Shown: in pieces, positions 1 to 12,200 of the stretch
Position numbering within the stretch: the first letter of the stretch is position 1
Layout: every line of letters begins with the position of its first letter
DNA from: Octopus sinensis
Lineage: Eukaryota
DNA length: 64,000 nucleotides
Reading direction: 5' to 3'
Assembly: GCF_006345805.1 (NCBI RefSeq)
Contig: NC_043000.1
Location: 97,526,001 to 97,590,000 of the forward strand
Program-made: the position numbers and the translations under genes
The notes under the pieces: model-generated
Databases searched by the model: none
What the model was told of the DNA's origin: nothing
The model's input: the letters and a program-made list of their open reading frames with translations, nothing else

Positions 1-459
1 AAATTATCTGCTATATACAAATAGATGTTTCGTGCCTTACTGACGAAATGCCATAGTAACGAGGTCTTTGAACTTCGTAGTTTATCAAAACAGTGGTTTT
101 TAACCTGTAATTGGGTTCTTTTGCTTATGCTTTTTGTTTATTTGCAAAACCTGTTGAAGTTTGCTTTCCAAACGTCTAAAAATGTAAAATATATACCAAT
201 AGTATACTAGTGTCAATTTGTTAATTGTACGTCATAATATCTCCCCTACAAAAATAAAGGAATTCCTGTACCAATTATAAATAGTGACTATGTTTTATTT
301 CTATATCAACCAATAAATTATTTCATGTACATGAGTTATGTGGAAGTTGTTATGGTTACGGTTTAGTGTTGTTATTGTTGTTTAACCCCAGGTCATTTCT
401 GATCCAGCAGATACACATCTTTTTCAGACATAATGTATCTAAGACTATGCTTGACAATG

Positions 460-685
460 AGACACGAAGGCACACACACACACACCCACACATACTATAT
501 ATATATATATATGTTTATATACGACTGGCTTCTTTCAGTTTCCGTCTACCAAATCTAATCACAAGGCTTTGGTCAACCCGAATCTGTAGCAGAAGACACT
601 TGCCCAAGGTGCCACGCAGTGGGACTGAACCTGGAACCGTGTGGTTGGGAAGCAAGCTTCTTACCATGCAACTACGCCTGATATG
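460..685 (-). mobile_element. SINE family A, partial (tRNA-derived head and body)
   Basis: Matches the repeated A body (GTGGTAAG...TTCAGTCCCACTGCGTGGCACCTTGGGCAAGTGTCTTCT) seen in ~18 copies in this window. Confidence 0.8.
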
Positions 686-2161
686 ATAAAGAGTGTATAT
701 AAACAGTCCTACTATTCAGAAAGGATACTTATATAAACATAGTTTAAAGATGTTATTTCAAGATCTTCTTCATCATAAACAGACAAATCGGTATTAAAAA
801 AATAATTAGATATAACCAGAAAACCAGAAAATTCATGATAAACAGGTATAAATCAAAGAGAAGAAATAAAGTATGCAATTCAAACAAAATAGATATATGT
901 AAATAAGATAAAAAAATTTAGAGTGAAAGTCCTGCAAACAACTAAATAATTAGAATAAACAGAAGAGTTGTCCTGGTAATTAATAATGCTTTCTACTACA
1001 CGCAGAAGGCCTGAAGTTTTGGCGGAGGAGGCTAGTCAACCCAAGAATTCAACTGGTACTTATTTTATCGTCCCCGAAAGGATAAACGGCAAAGCTGACC
1101 TCGCTGGGTTTGGGATTCCTGGTGAGTGATAATGATGTCTAAGCACACGAGTCTACAAAGAGCGCAAATCAAATGTGTGGAAGGATCTGCATTTGATTGG
1201 TATGTTATTCTATCGACACCAGAAAGATGAAAGACTAAGTGACCCTCGGTAGCGTTAAAATTTACAACGCAAGGGGACGTAACTATATACTACATCACCT
1301 TTTGTCCGATTCTGTCAATCCACCGCCGTCCTGGTAATCAATGGTAGTTTCAGTGTGGTTTGTTAGAGATTTATTAAGTGTACTGTAAATGTTTAAATCC
1401 ATAAGATAGAAAATAAAATACATTATCCTAATACTTTGCCAATATATTCAAAGTATTGAACACATAGAAAGGGAAACCTTTTGTAAATAATTGCACTGCT
1501 ATATAAGATTAAAGCTAATACTTGGAAGAACTGAATACAATAGCAAAAAAAAAATTAAACAGTTAGTTGCCGTGGCAATTAATAATAGTTTCAGTAAAAT
1601 ATATTCAGGATTGAGTGAACTGAAAAATGTGCATTGAAAAGTAATGGAAATGGTAGTAGAATTCAGAATACAGCAGAAATGTCGTCAATACATACAACCA
1701 TTGTCATATAGTCAGTCAAGGAAGGGAGAAAGGAAGGAAGGAGGAATGAGATATCTAATTTTTTTTTTTTAATGTTAAATAATAACTATAGTTGATCTAA
1801 AGACAGTAATCTTACTGAAAATCGAAGATGCTATAAACAGGTTCGGAAATGTAGAGAGGGAAAAAAAACAATACGAACAGTGAGATAGAAACGATCTGAT
1901 AAAAGTGAGTGGGGATGTCGAAACGCATCGGAACAAAAGAGATAAATACAGCATAGATATAGGTGGGCGTGAGATAACTATAATAATTCATAATAGAAAC
2001 AACTCCAATATATACACATATGTGGTTGTGTGCGCGCGTGTGTGTGTGTACAAAAGAGTGTGTGTATGTGTATGAGTGTGCAAGTGTGTGTGTATGTGTG
2101 TGTATTTATGTTTGTGTGTGATTGCGTTTTTATTCATAACTAGATACTATATATATTTATT

Positions 2162-2200
2162 CATTAGAAGTTTCACCAATACATAGGTCATCAAGTAATG
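2162..2200 (-). ncRNA. Degenerate hammerhead-like motif
   Basis: Minus strand CATTA-CTTGATGA-CC(TATGTATT)GG-T-GAAAC-TTC-TAATG. Stem I CATTA/TAATG present, core altered, stem III collapsed; followed by AATAAA and (TA)n. Confidence 0.35.
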
Positions 2201-2635
2201 TGAGGTAACTTTTATGGTTTCACCTTTATATATTCTGATGATATATTTTATTATCTTTGATGAAAAATAATCGGTTATAATCCAGTCATTATGTTTCGAA
2301 TTTTTGAATACTGTTTGGAATTGACTGCTGCATTATGGAGTAGTTAACGAAAATTGATTTTGACTATGTGAGAGTGAGTATGTTTTAACTTAAAGGATAA
2401 TTAGCGAATACATCTTTAAACAGAATGTGGGGGTGTTTTGTGTAAAAAAAAAAGGCAATATATTAAGAATTGGATAGTATATAAGATTTTGCTTTAACAC
2501 ATACTGCACCACATAGGTTTTTCGAATAATTTGAAATGAATGACTGTACGTTTTTTTTATTCAATAAAATGTGTGAAAAACGTTACACCACAAATTTTAT
2601 CTTTCTGTGGGTAAAAAAAAAAAAGGTGGCACTGA

Positions 2636-3058
2636 TCTCTTTACTCTTTACTCTTTTACTTGTTTCAGTCATTTGACTGCGGCCATGCTGGAGCACCACC
2701 TTTAGTCGAGCAAATCGACCTCGGGACTTATTCTTTGTAAGCCCAGTACTTATTCTATCGGTCTCTTTTGCCGAACCGCTAAGTGACGGGGACGTAAACA
2801 CACCAGCATCGGTTGTCAAGCAATGCTAGGGGAACAAACACAGACACACAAACACACACACACATTTATATATATATACATACATATATACGACAGGCTT
2901 CTTTCAGGTTCCGTCTACCAAATCCACTCACAAGGCTTTGGTCGGACCGATATTATAGCAGAAGACACTTGCCCAAGATGCCACGCAGTGGGACTGAACT
3001 CAGAACAACCATGTGGTTGGTTAGCAAGCTACTTACCACACAGCCACTCCTGCGCCTA
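2636..3058 (-). mobile_element. SINE family A, full length
   Basis: Head GGCGCAGGAGTGGCTGTGTGGTAAG, internal (TA)/(TG) microsatellite, AGTAAAAGAG-type repeated tail. Confidence 0.9.
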
Positions 3059-3071
3059 TATGCACAAATGT

Positions 3072-3143
3072 CTCCCCAGCGGGGAATCGAACCCCGGTCT
3101 CCCGCGTGACAGGCGGGGATACTTACCACTATACTACCAAGGA
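3072..3143 (-). tRNA. tRNA-Asp (anticodon GTC)
   Basis: 72 nt TCCTTGGTAGTATAGTGGTAAGTATCCCCGCCTGTCACGCGGGAGACCGGGGTTCGATTCCCCGCTGGGGAG, near-identical to metazoan tRNA-Asp(GUC). A and B boxes intact; acceptor stem has three G-U pairs. Confidence 0.93.
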
Positions 3144-4096
3144 TGACTAGTTTCATGTCATATTTTCATCAGTGAAAAGAAATATTCATCTTCTGAATAC
3201 GCAGAGGCTATTTAAAGTGTATACAAACTAGAACTCAGCTAATTTGTCGTTTTAATTTGCATACGCTGACAACGGTGCATACGCTGACAACATAGATTAA
3301 TTAATTGATTGATTGATTGATTGATGTACGTTTTGCCGTGTTGTAGACTTATTTGAAGTGTAAGATATACTTTTCTTAATGGACATATAATTTCTGTGAA
3401 AAGTAAACAAAATGATTATATCAGTGGTTTAATATCTCTGTGAGCAGAAAAAGTAGGATGCATGTCACTCCTTTCTAGACATCTTAGAGGTTCATCAAAG
3501 GAAGAATACTGATTTTCTGTTTGCAGAGAGATTGATTATTTACTCCACTTTGTTAGTAGGTGCTTTGTTGTGCAAATTAGAACGACGAGTCTTTATATAC
3601 ATTATAAACAGCTATAAATTCATGATCTCTTTGTGGACAGAAGATACGTATTTTCTAAATGATGAAGATCTAAGAACTAGTAAGATTGAGCCCACTTGTT
3701 CTATCAACATAAAGATAAAAACCTGTGGTTTAACCAATTTGTTTGTCTGTCATACTTTGCAATCTATTTGCTTGTTCGTTCACCTGTTATACATTAGTTA
3801 GAGAGGTTGAGGTGGAATGAGTGAGAGATGTAGTAAGAGTGAGACAGGGTGAGAGAGAGAGAAGGGGAGGAGTGAAAAAAGAAGGGGGGAAGAAGTAGAA
3901 AAATGTAATTAATATACTTAGGTCAAATGGTCACGTGGTCAGCTGAGGGAGAGGTGAAGAACGAGAGAAAAAGGAGAAAGAAGTGTTGACGACGTGCGGT
4001 GGGGTGGGAAAGGAATACTTCTTGCGTGGTCAAAAAGTTAGCTGAAGGGAAAGATAGAGATGGACAGGTGAAGCAATTATATTGAGAGAGACACAC

Positions 4097-4127
<31 letters not shown>

Positions 4128-5074
4128 GGTTGCGGTGGTGGTGGTGATGTGTTGATAGTGAATTTTTTTAACTAACTTTTTTTATAGCGACCATCGTTAA
4201 GGCATATGAATTAGTGCAGTTGTTTATCGTCTGCTCGCTTAAAAATTTTATGTTTGTTTATAAGAGTTAATTTAGCCTAAACTCTAGATTCACAAGAAAC
4301 ACGGTTGCAAGCTGCTCGAGAAAGGATGCGCACATATAGAGCACGGATCAGAGAGTAACAGCGAGAAAGTTATGTAGTTTAGGATGTTATTTAAAAGCTA
4401 TATACATGTAACTGAACTCTTGTCCCATCTTTTTTATGATGTTCTACATATTTATTTATACTGTCTATAAGCTTATCTTAAATATATTTACTCTCATACC
4501 GATGCAATCTTTTTACATCTGGGAAATGTTAAATGTGTTAATGTTCGCCCCCAACTGACTGATTTGTCTGTGAAAGTGCAAATCAGTGTCACATTTTTGT
4601 GTGTCTGTGCAAAAGTTTGCGTCGTGTGTTTCATGTTTACACTGAAATTTGTATGCTTCATTGTTTGCCTACTGTGGCTCACTGGTTGCTGATTTCGAGT
4701 TGTAAAGAAAGGTGTAATACCAATGCGTTTTTTTCATTATCTTCACACTATTTGTTTCGTAATTAAGTGTGATATATATGTTGAGTTCTGTTTTATGCTT
4801 CTTTTAATGGCACAGTCATCTATTATATAATTAGAGTGTATTTAGTTCATGCATTAAAAAGTGCAGATTGTGTGTGTTTAAGTGTTATTTGTGGATGTGA
4901 ATTTGTTCTTCTAATATATGGTCTGCTAATTTATTTGAAATGTATGACAAATATTAGTTTCTAAGTCGTGCACAAATTTCATTGGACGGCTTAGTTGATT
5001 CTCCGCAACTAAATTATAGTAATGGTTATTCATGACATTAAAATCATTGACACGTCAGTCAAAATGTTTACTCG

Positions 5075-5283
5075 TTCACACTTTTACTTGTTTCAGTCAT
5101 TTGACTGCGCTCATGCTGGAGCACCGCCTTTAGTCGAGGAAAACGACCCCCAGGACTTATTCTCTGTAAGCCTAGTACTTATTCTATCAGTCTCTTTTGC
5201 CGAACCGCTAAGTTACGGGGACGAAAACACACCAGCATCAGTTGTCAAGCGATGTTGGTGGGGACAAACACAAACACACAAAG

Positions 5284-5360
<77 letters not shown>

Positions 5361-5580
5361 TATATACATATACATATACATATATACGACGGGATTCTTT
5401 CAGTTTCCGTCTACCAAATCCACACACAAGGCTTTGGTCGGCCCAAGGCTATAGTAGAAGACACTTGTCCAAGGTGCCACGCAGTAGGACTGAACCCGGA
5501 ACCATGTGATTGGTAAGTAGCTTGCTTACCACAAGCTACTTACCACACGCTACTTATCACAAGCTACTTACCACACAGCC
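5075..5580 (-). mobile_element. SINE family A with 4x duplicated ~14-bp head segment
   Basis: A body and tail; CTTACCACAAGCTA-like unit repeated at ~5525-5575. Confidence 0.88.
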
Positions 5581-6150
5581 AGCGGTATTTTGTCAGTCTT
5601 TACGTTCTGAGTTCAAATTCCACTGAAGTCGACTTTGCCTTTCATCCTTTCGTGATTAATAAAAAAAAGAACCGATCGAGCACTGGGGTCGATATAATCG
5701 ATTACCCACCACACACACACACACACACACACACACATCTCACATTCCAAGCATTGTGCCTATAGTAGAAAGAATTATTTATGACATCAAAGGCGATGAC
5801 CTGGCAGAATCATTACCGCGCCGGAGTAAATACTTAATAGCATTTCTTCCGATTCTTTACGTTCTGAGTCCAAATACTGCAGAGTTAGATTTTTGTCTTC
5901 CATTGGGTTGGATGTAATCGGCTAGCACCCTCCCCCAAAATTCAATGCTGTTTCTACATAAGAAAAGATTATTTTTGACATTAAAGCAAGCGAGCTAACA
6001 GAATCTTTACCGCGCCAGACAAAACGCTTAGCGTCATATCTTCCAGCTTTTTACGTTCTGAGTTAAAAAGCCACCGAAGCTAAACACCGAGGCTCGATGT
6101 AATCAGCTTCCCCCATCGCTTCAAAATTGCTGGCCTTGTGCCAAAATTAT
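5580..6150 (+). mobile_element. Cluster of three degraded SINE family B copies
   Basis: Three TTTACGTTCTGAGT(T/C)... motifs; GGCGATGACCTGGCAGAATC and GCGAGCTAACAGAATC heads. Confidence 0.7.
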
Positions 6151-6248
6151 GACATTAACACTAATCTTTAAGTCTTGAGTGAAAACATTTCATTAAATCA
6201 ACCCTAGTAATTGATAGGTACTTAATTTACTCCAGTTTGATGAAAAGC

Positions 6249-6468
6249 TTAGAGGCGCGTAGCTTAGTGGTTAGGGTGTCAACATCATATGGTCTTGAGC
6301 AAAACACTTCATTTCACGTTGCTCCAGTTCACTCAGCAGGCGAAAATGAGTAACGCTGCGATGGACTGGCGTCCCGTCCAGCTGGGGAGCACATACGTCA
6401 TTGAAACCGGAAAACCGGGCCCATGAGCCTACCTAGGCTTTAAAAGGGAGCATTTATTTATTTTATTA
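6249..6468 (+). mobile_element. V-domain-like tRNA-derived SINE with 12-bp target-site duplication (TSD)
   Basis: Head GGCGCGTAGCTTAGTGGTTAGGG, central GATGGACTGGCGTCCCGTCCAG, (TTTA)n tail, TSD TTGATGAAAAGC at 6237-6248 and 6469-6480; nested in a minus-strand B-like SINE. Confidence 0.8.
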
Positions 6469-6767
6469 TTGATGAAAAGCAATTTGAATCGTGGTGAGAT
6501 ATGAAATCAGAATATAACAACACATAACTAAATACCTCAAGGCATTTTCTCCGCTGCTCTACCGACTCTGTCAGAGTAACTCCCATTTTATGTTAATCAT
6601 ATTAATTTTTGCTATTTTCTTTTCTTAAATATACACCGATAGTAATAAATGTTTTATTATATTATTATAATTATACCTCCTGGGCTTATGTCTCACCGAG
6701 GGTGGCTTTGCCTTTCATCTCTCTAAGAATAATTTAATAAACCAATACATACACATACATACGTATA

Positions 6768-6798
<31 letters not shown>

Positions 6799-6815
6799 AT
6801 GTATATATATATATA

Positions 6816-6869
<54 letters not shown>

Positions 6870-6944
6870 TGTGTATGTGTGTGTAATAGAAAAACTATTA
6901 GTTCTGAATCTCTGAACGAAAACTATGCAGCAACAGTACTTTAG

Positions 6945-7323
6945 AGTAAAGTTTATTTGCCAATGTAAAGTGGCAGTCCTGATTAGGATGAATGTGACTA
7001 CTATTTAGCCCCAGGAAAACATCTTCTGCAGCTGGTTATCGACGCACTAACTGCGTCCTTATACTTTGAGCAAAGAAGCTAGTGTCCCTACTCAGCTCAA
7101 AGCGATATCTGTGCAGCCATCTCTAGCCAAGCGATTATTCTGTACTGGTGAAGCGAAATAACCCAGAAACCATTGGTACACAGATATCACTTTGAGCTGA
7201 GTGGGGACTTTAGCTCCCTTGTTAGTGCGTCGATAACCTAATGGAGAAGATGTTTTCCTGAGGTTAAATAATAGTAACATTCGTCCCAGTCAAGACTTCC
7301 ACTTTACGTTGGTAAATAAACTT

Positions 7324-7327
<4 letters not shown>
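6945..7327. mobile_element. Foldback MITE (near-complete palindrome)
   Basis: AGTAAAGTTTATTTGCCAA.../...TTGGTAAATAAACTTTACT; arms pair inward through GTTATCGACGCACTAAC/GTTAGTGCGTCGATAAC and CTCAGCTCAAAG/CTTTGAGCTGAG; abuts (TA)n. Confidence 0.85.
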
Positions 7328-7407
<80 letters not shown>

Positions 7408-7409
<2 letters not shown>

Positions 7410-7641
7410 TTTTATTCTTTTACTTGTTTCAATCATTTGACTGCGGCCATGCTGGAGCATCGTCTTTCGTCGAACAAATCGACCCCACGACTTATTCTTT
7501 GTAAGCCTAGTACTTATTCTATCGCTCTCTTTTGCCGAACCGTTAAGTTACAGGAACGCAAACACACTAGCATCAGTTGTCAAGCGATGTTGGGGGGACA
7601 AACACAGACACACACACATACATATATGCATATATACATAT

Positions 7642-7706
<65 letters not shown>

Positions 7707-7858
7707 GACGGGCTTCTCTCAGTTTCCGTCTACCAAATCCACTCACAAGGCTTTTGTCGCCCCGAGGTTATAGTAGAAGACACTTGACCAAGGTGCTATG
7801 CAGTGGGATTGAACTGGAAACCATATGGTTAGTAAGCAAGTTACGTATCACACAGCCT
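7408..7858 (-). mobile_element. SINE family A
   Basis: A consensus with internal (TA)n. Confidence 0.88.
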
Positions 7859-8035
7859 AAGATGGCTGTTTGCAATTTACAACCGAACAAGTATAGTCGT
7901 CACTAAAATGACGGAGGGTGTTATTAAGCACCAGCATTGCTAGAAATAAGAGTTAAAACAACTCTTAGCCACGTGAGAGCATTTTTCTAACGACCGACAA
8001 GGGAGACAAGTTCTCCACATCCGGCAAGCGAGATG

Positions 8036-8085
8036 GAGTCATATCAGCGCTGATTTCAGATTTGATTAATCTTCATCAGTGACTC
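8036..8085 (-). ncRNA. Type I hammerhead ribozyme, apparently intact
   Basis: GAGTCA-CTGATGA-AGATT(AATCA)AATCT-GAAA-TCAGCGCTGA-TA-TGACTC: 6-bp stem I, canonical core, 5-bp stem II, palindromic stem III, AUA cleavage triplet. Confidence 0.85.
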
Positions 8086-8114
8086 AGTACTCCGTCACCG
8101 AGGGTTAAAGACAC

Positions 8115-8155
<41 letters not shown>

Positions 8156-9149
8156 AAATCATGTAGACGTGTACCTATGTTATCAATTGTTATTATTCTA
8201 ATTATAATGTTAATGTTAGTGCTACTTGCTTTTATTGCTATTGTCACTTATTTTAATTTCTTTAATCTTGTAATAATCTAATAGAAATTCCCACTAAGCT
8301 ACCTCATTTCTTCTTTCCTGTTTATCTCTATAATTGCTTGTCTATTCATGTGTTTGTATGCTTGCTAATCTCTAAATCCTTTAACAGCTGGGATTTATCT
8401 GAGAATCAAACTTGTCAAAATGACATATAAGGACAAATGTTCAAACAAAATTAGCAAACGTGTTGTTGTTGTTGACGTTGTTGTTTTTGTTGCTGTTGTT
8501 GTTGCTTTTGCTTATCACCATGTGGCCTGAGTTGAGAATATCTAGGTTCAAAGACATTCCACCCATGCCAATCCAACTTTATTTACAGGCATACTATATC
8601 TTGGACTTCATTATCCTATGTAGGTATTCTCTTTCTTTTTTAAGATATTTTTTTTGCTGTTTTGCGAGAGTGTATATGTTTGTGTGTGCATATATGTTTG
8701 TGTGTGTGTATGTGTGCGTGTGAGTGATGTGTGTGTGCGTGTAAGTATGTGTGTGTTATTTGGGAGAATTATTTGACTGTTAATTTTAGCAGCTCGAGCG
8801 CCGATATAGAAGCTTTCTTGTTGCCCAAACTACCAAACTTTTCGATATATTACAATTACCTGAATCGTATGTTTTTTCGAGGCAGTAGGATTGGGCTATG
8901 GTTGATTAAATTGAAAACGTGATGTATGATTGGTATTTAATTCATCGTATACCATGAAAAGACGAAAAGCAACCTCAATTGCGAGTGTGTGTGTGTGTGT
9001 GATGCTTCGTGTCGTACAGCATCGGATGTAGGGGTGGAGTGTGAGACCTATTATTGAGCTCAAACTTTGGTTGGGACGCGCTTCACAGCGTATATATTCT
9101 ATATATACAATACATATGTATACATAGAAAATATAGACAGACAGATAGG

Positions 9150-9194
9150 GAGAGAGAGACAGGCAGACAGACAGACAGACAGACATATAGTTAA

Positions 9195-9271
<77 letters not shown>

Positions 9272-9275
9272 CAGA
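9150..9275. repeat. (GA)/(GACA)n/(GATA)n microsatellite
   Basis: Read directly. Confidence 0.95.
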
Positions 9276-12200
9276 GAAAAAGATAAAAATACTGACAGAT
9301 GGACTGATAGACAAACGGACAGATGAAATTGCAGCTGTCTGCAGCCATTACACATGGCTGCAGTCATAATGTCATTGCATATGTATGTATGTAATGTAAT
9401 GTCTAAATATATATGCTATGAGATTATGCATAAGATATGAGATTAGCTGTTAATAAGATTATAATTTTACGAACCATTAAACTCGCTTTTACAGATGAAA
9501 GATTTTTAATGTTTATGTTTACACTGCGTTTCGATCGGTTTGTAAATGAGCTGTTATTGGCATATTGGATAGGAGCGATGAATTTAGAAATATAGGTTCC
9601 ACGTTCGGGCACAGTCAGTTACTATGTATAAAATAAGAATTAAGACAGCTGGTAATGATCAGAGATCAAACCGATTGAAACTCAAAGTAGATATGAATAT
9701 TGATTTCTTACATAGGAACAAAGCCAGAAATTTGGGGATCGGCGAACAGTCATTTATGTCGAGCCAAGTACTTGACTGGTGCTTTATTTTATCAACCTCG
9801 GAAGGATAAAAAACAAGATTTATCTCGGCGAAATTTGAACTCAGAATGTAAAGATCCGGAACAAATACTGGAATGCAATTTTGTTGATGAACTAAGGATT
9901 GTGCCAATCCTTAGCCTTTGCTTTTGCAAATATTATAAAAGAAAAATTTGTCTATGAAAAGGAGTTAAATGGTCCGAAAAGTTATGACCGTATGTATAAT
10001 CAGGAATGTGGACTCTCAAGAAGCCCAAACCACCTAGGTTTTATATCAATTCCACGTAGTTAATTCCCGTTTTCCGAAAGATCTTTATCTGACAGGTGTC
10101 ATAGAAATGAATGATCAACATCGTACAGTTCAGGACGTTATGACATCTTATTCTCAAATTTCCTCCGTAATAAAGAGAATCTAAAATCCCGTTTGATGGA
10201 TTCCTCTTCTCGGAGATATCCTGGCCATTTCCAATGATTTTTATCATGATCCATCACAAGCACTGTGATGCTTTTATATTAGAGTTTAAGGTTGTAAAAA
10301 ACTACTGATTTCTTTTTAGTAGTGATAAGGCCTTATGTAATATTTCTAGAATAGAAATGTTTGTTTGTTTGTTTTTCTCAAATTTCGACCAATACTTGAA
10401 GCGATAACATGGTTACTGTTTTGGTTCTCAATTTCGGTTCGGATTTTATCACCTTCTTTACGAAACTTGCCTTTTACATAGAACCTGATTCAGAGAATAT
10501 ATAGAATTGTCAATGTCATGCCTTTCCAAATCTTTTGTAAGTCCAAGCTCAATCGGCCAGTACTCATCCTTAAATCTTCTGTAATGTTGTTCAAAGTATT
10601 TGAATTCCCAGCACTCTCCAGAAAAAAGAATTTAAACCTCAGCTGGGGTGCTAGTACTCGAGCTTGGGAAGTGCTACTTCCAAATCATTAACAGAAATGT
10701 GTACGTGAAATGAACTGAAACATTTTCGACCAGAAATTGAAGTCGGATCGCCGAATCAACTCACTTATAGCTTATACCTTGCTTTACAACGCCCACCCGA
10801 CGAGGAAAATATGTCTGCAAACTGTTATATCTCTAGAGAATATTATGAAGTTATGATGTTTATATATTTCTCAAATATATCGGCAGTGTATACTTCATCT
10901 ATTATCTGGTTTAGCATCAACATTTGACCCCTGAATATCTTTAACAAAATTATCTCTGCTGTTGCAAGTGTCTGGATCCGTTCTCAGATTATAGATTAAC
11001 TTAATATGTTGATGTGATGTTTCTTATTTCAATAACCCATTATTTCAATAACCCATGTTTCTTATTTCAATAACCCAAATATGTCTATGTGGTTAAGAAG
11101 TTCGCTTCGCAACTAGTTCCGGACTCGACTTCATTGCGCTGCATGCTACTTAAGTATATTCTACCATAGCTATGGGATAGTTATAACCTTGTGAGTTAAA
11201 TTTGGTAGACAAAAACTATGTGGAAGCCTGTTAGCTGGATCGTTTCTGGTCTTGGATGATAAACTTAGTCTATCGCCTAGTTTTCGATTGCCTTTAAGCA
11301 TTCTGGGCCAGGTCTCCGGTATGAGAACTTACTCTCTTTCTCCCAAAAGTCATGGGGACGCTAGTTATAACTAAGCTATTAACAAATGTCTTGGCTGTCA
11401 AGCAAAAAGTTATCGATACTGACTTTGTTTATCTGATCAAGCCAATGAAAAAATATTAATAAGGAAACTCTCTGATCGGAAATCGAAACTGTACCTCGAA
11501 TTCGACGTGCGTTAAGTTGGCGTATTTCATACTCTTTAATGATTGTTAGCCGGGACAGACAAATACGTAACCTTATTTTTAGATCTGGAATTACTAAACG
11601 AATTTAGAAGTCATCTTTATGTTCAATGAAAGAGTTAAGAATTTCGACTACGTAACAAATGCATTTAACTAGACATTATAATTTCTCAGAAGTTGGGTCA
11701 TAAACACAGAATATATATTTATGATATCATCTTCTAACTATATGGATCTATTAATATTCCAATAAAAATTCCCATTTAAACTCTACTAACATCATAAAAT
11801 AAGTATAAAAGGCATTAAAATTTTTGAAAACGATCTGAGCTGAGTGTAGTATTCTTAATACTTCTATTATATTCGTCTTATTGGTGGTGGAATTGGCAAA
11901 TTCTCGTAGAATACAAGATAAATTCCAGAAAAGTTTAATCTGCGACTTGATTTCCAGTTCTAGTCGGATTCATTTCATTTCATTTACGTCACTGTCATGT
12001 TAATTGCACGAAGTTCACAACATTCATTTCATTCTTCCCCAAAAGCAATAGGTTGATTTTCCTATTGGGCCATGTGCTTTTTGACAAATAAGTGTATTTT
12101 TGTTCACCAATAACAAATATTTTATAATTAACAATAAACGTTTATATTGATAGTTAATATTGGCACAAATTCATGTATTCTTAGGAAATAGAATATAGTC

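Noticed and set aside
9960-10900. Possible decayed transposase
   Set aside because: No motif could be recognised with confidence
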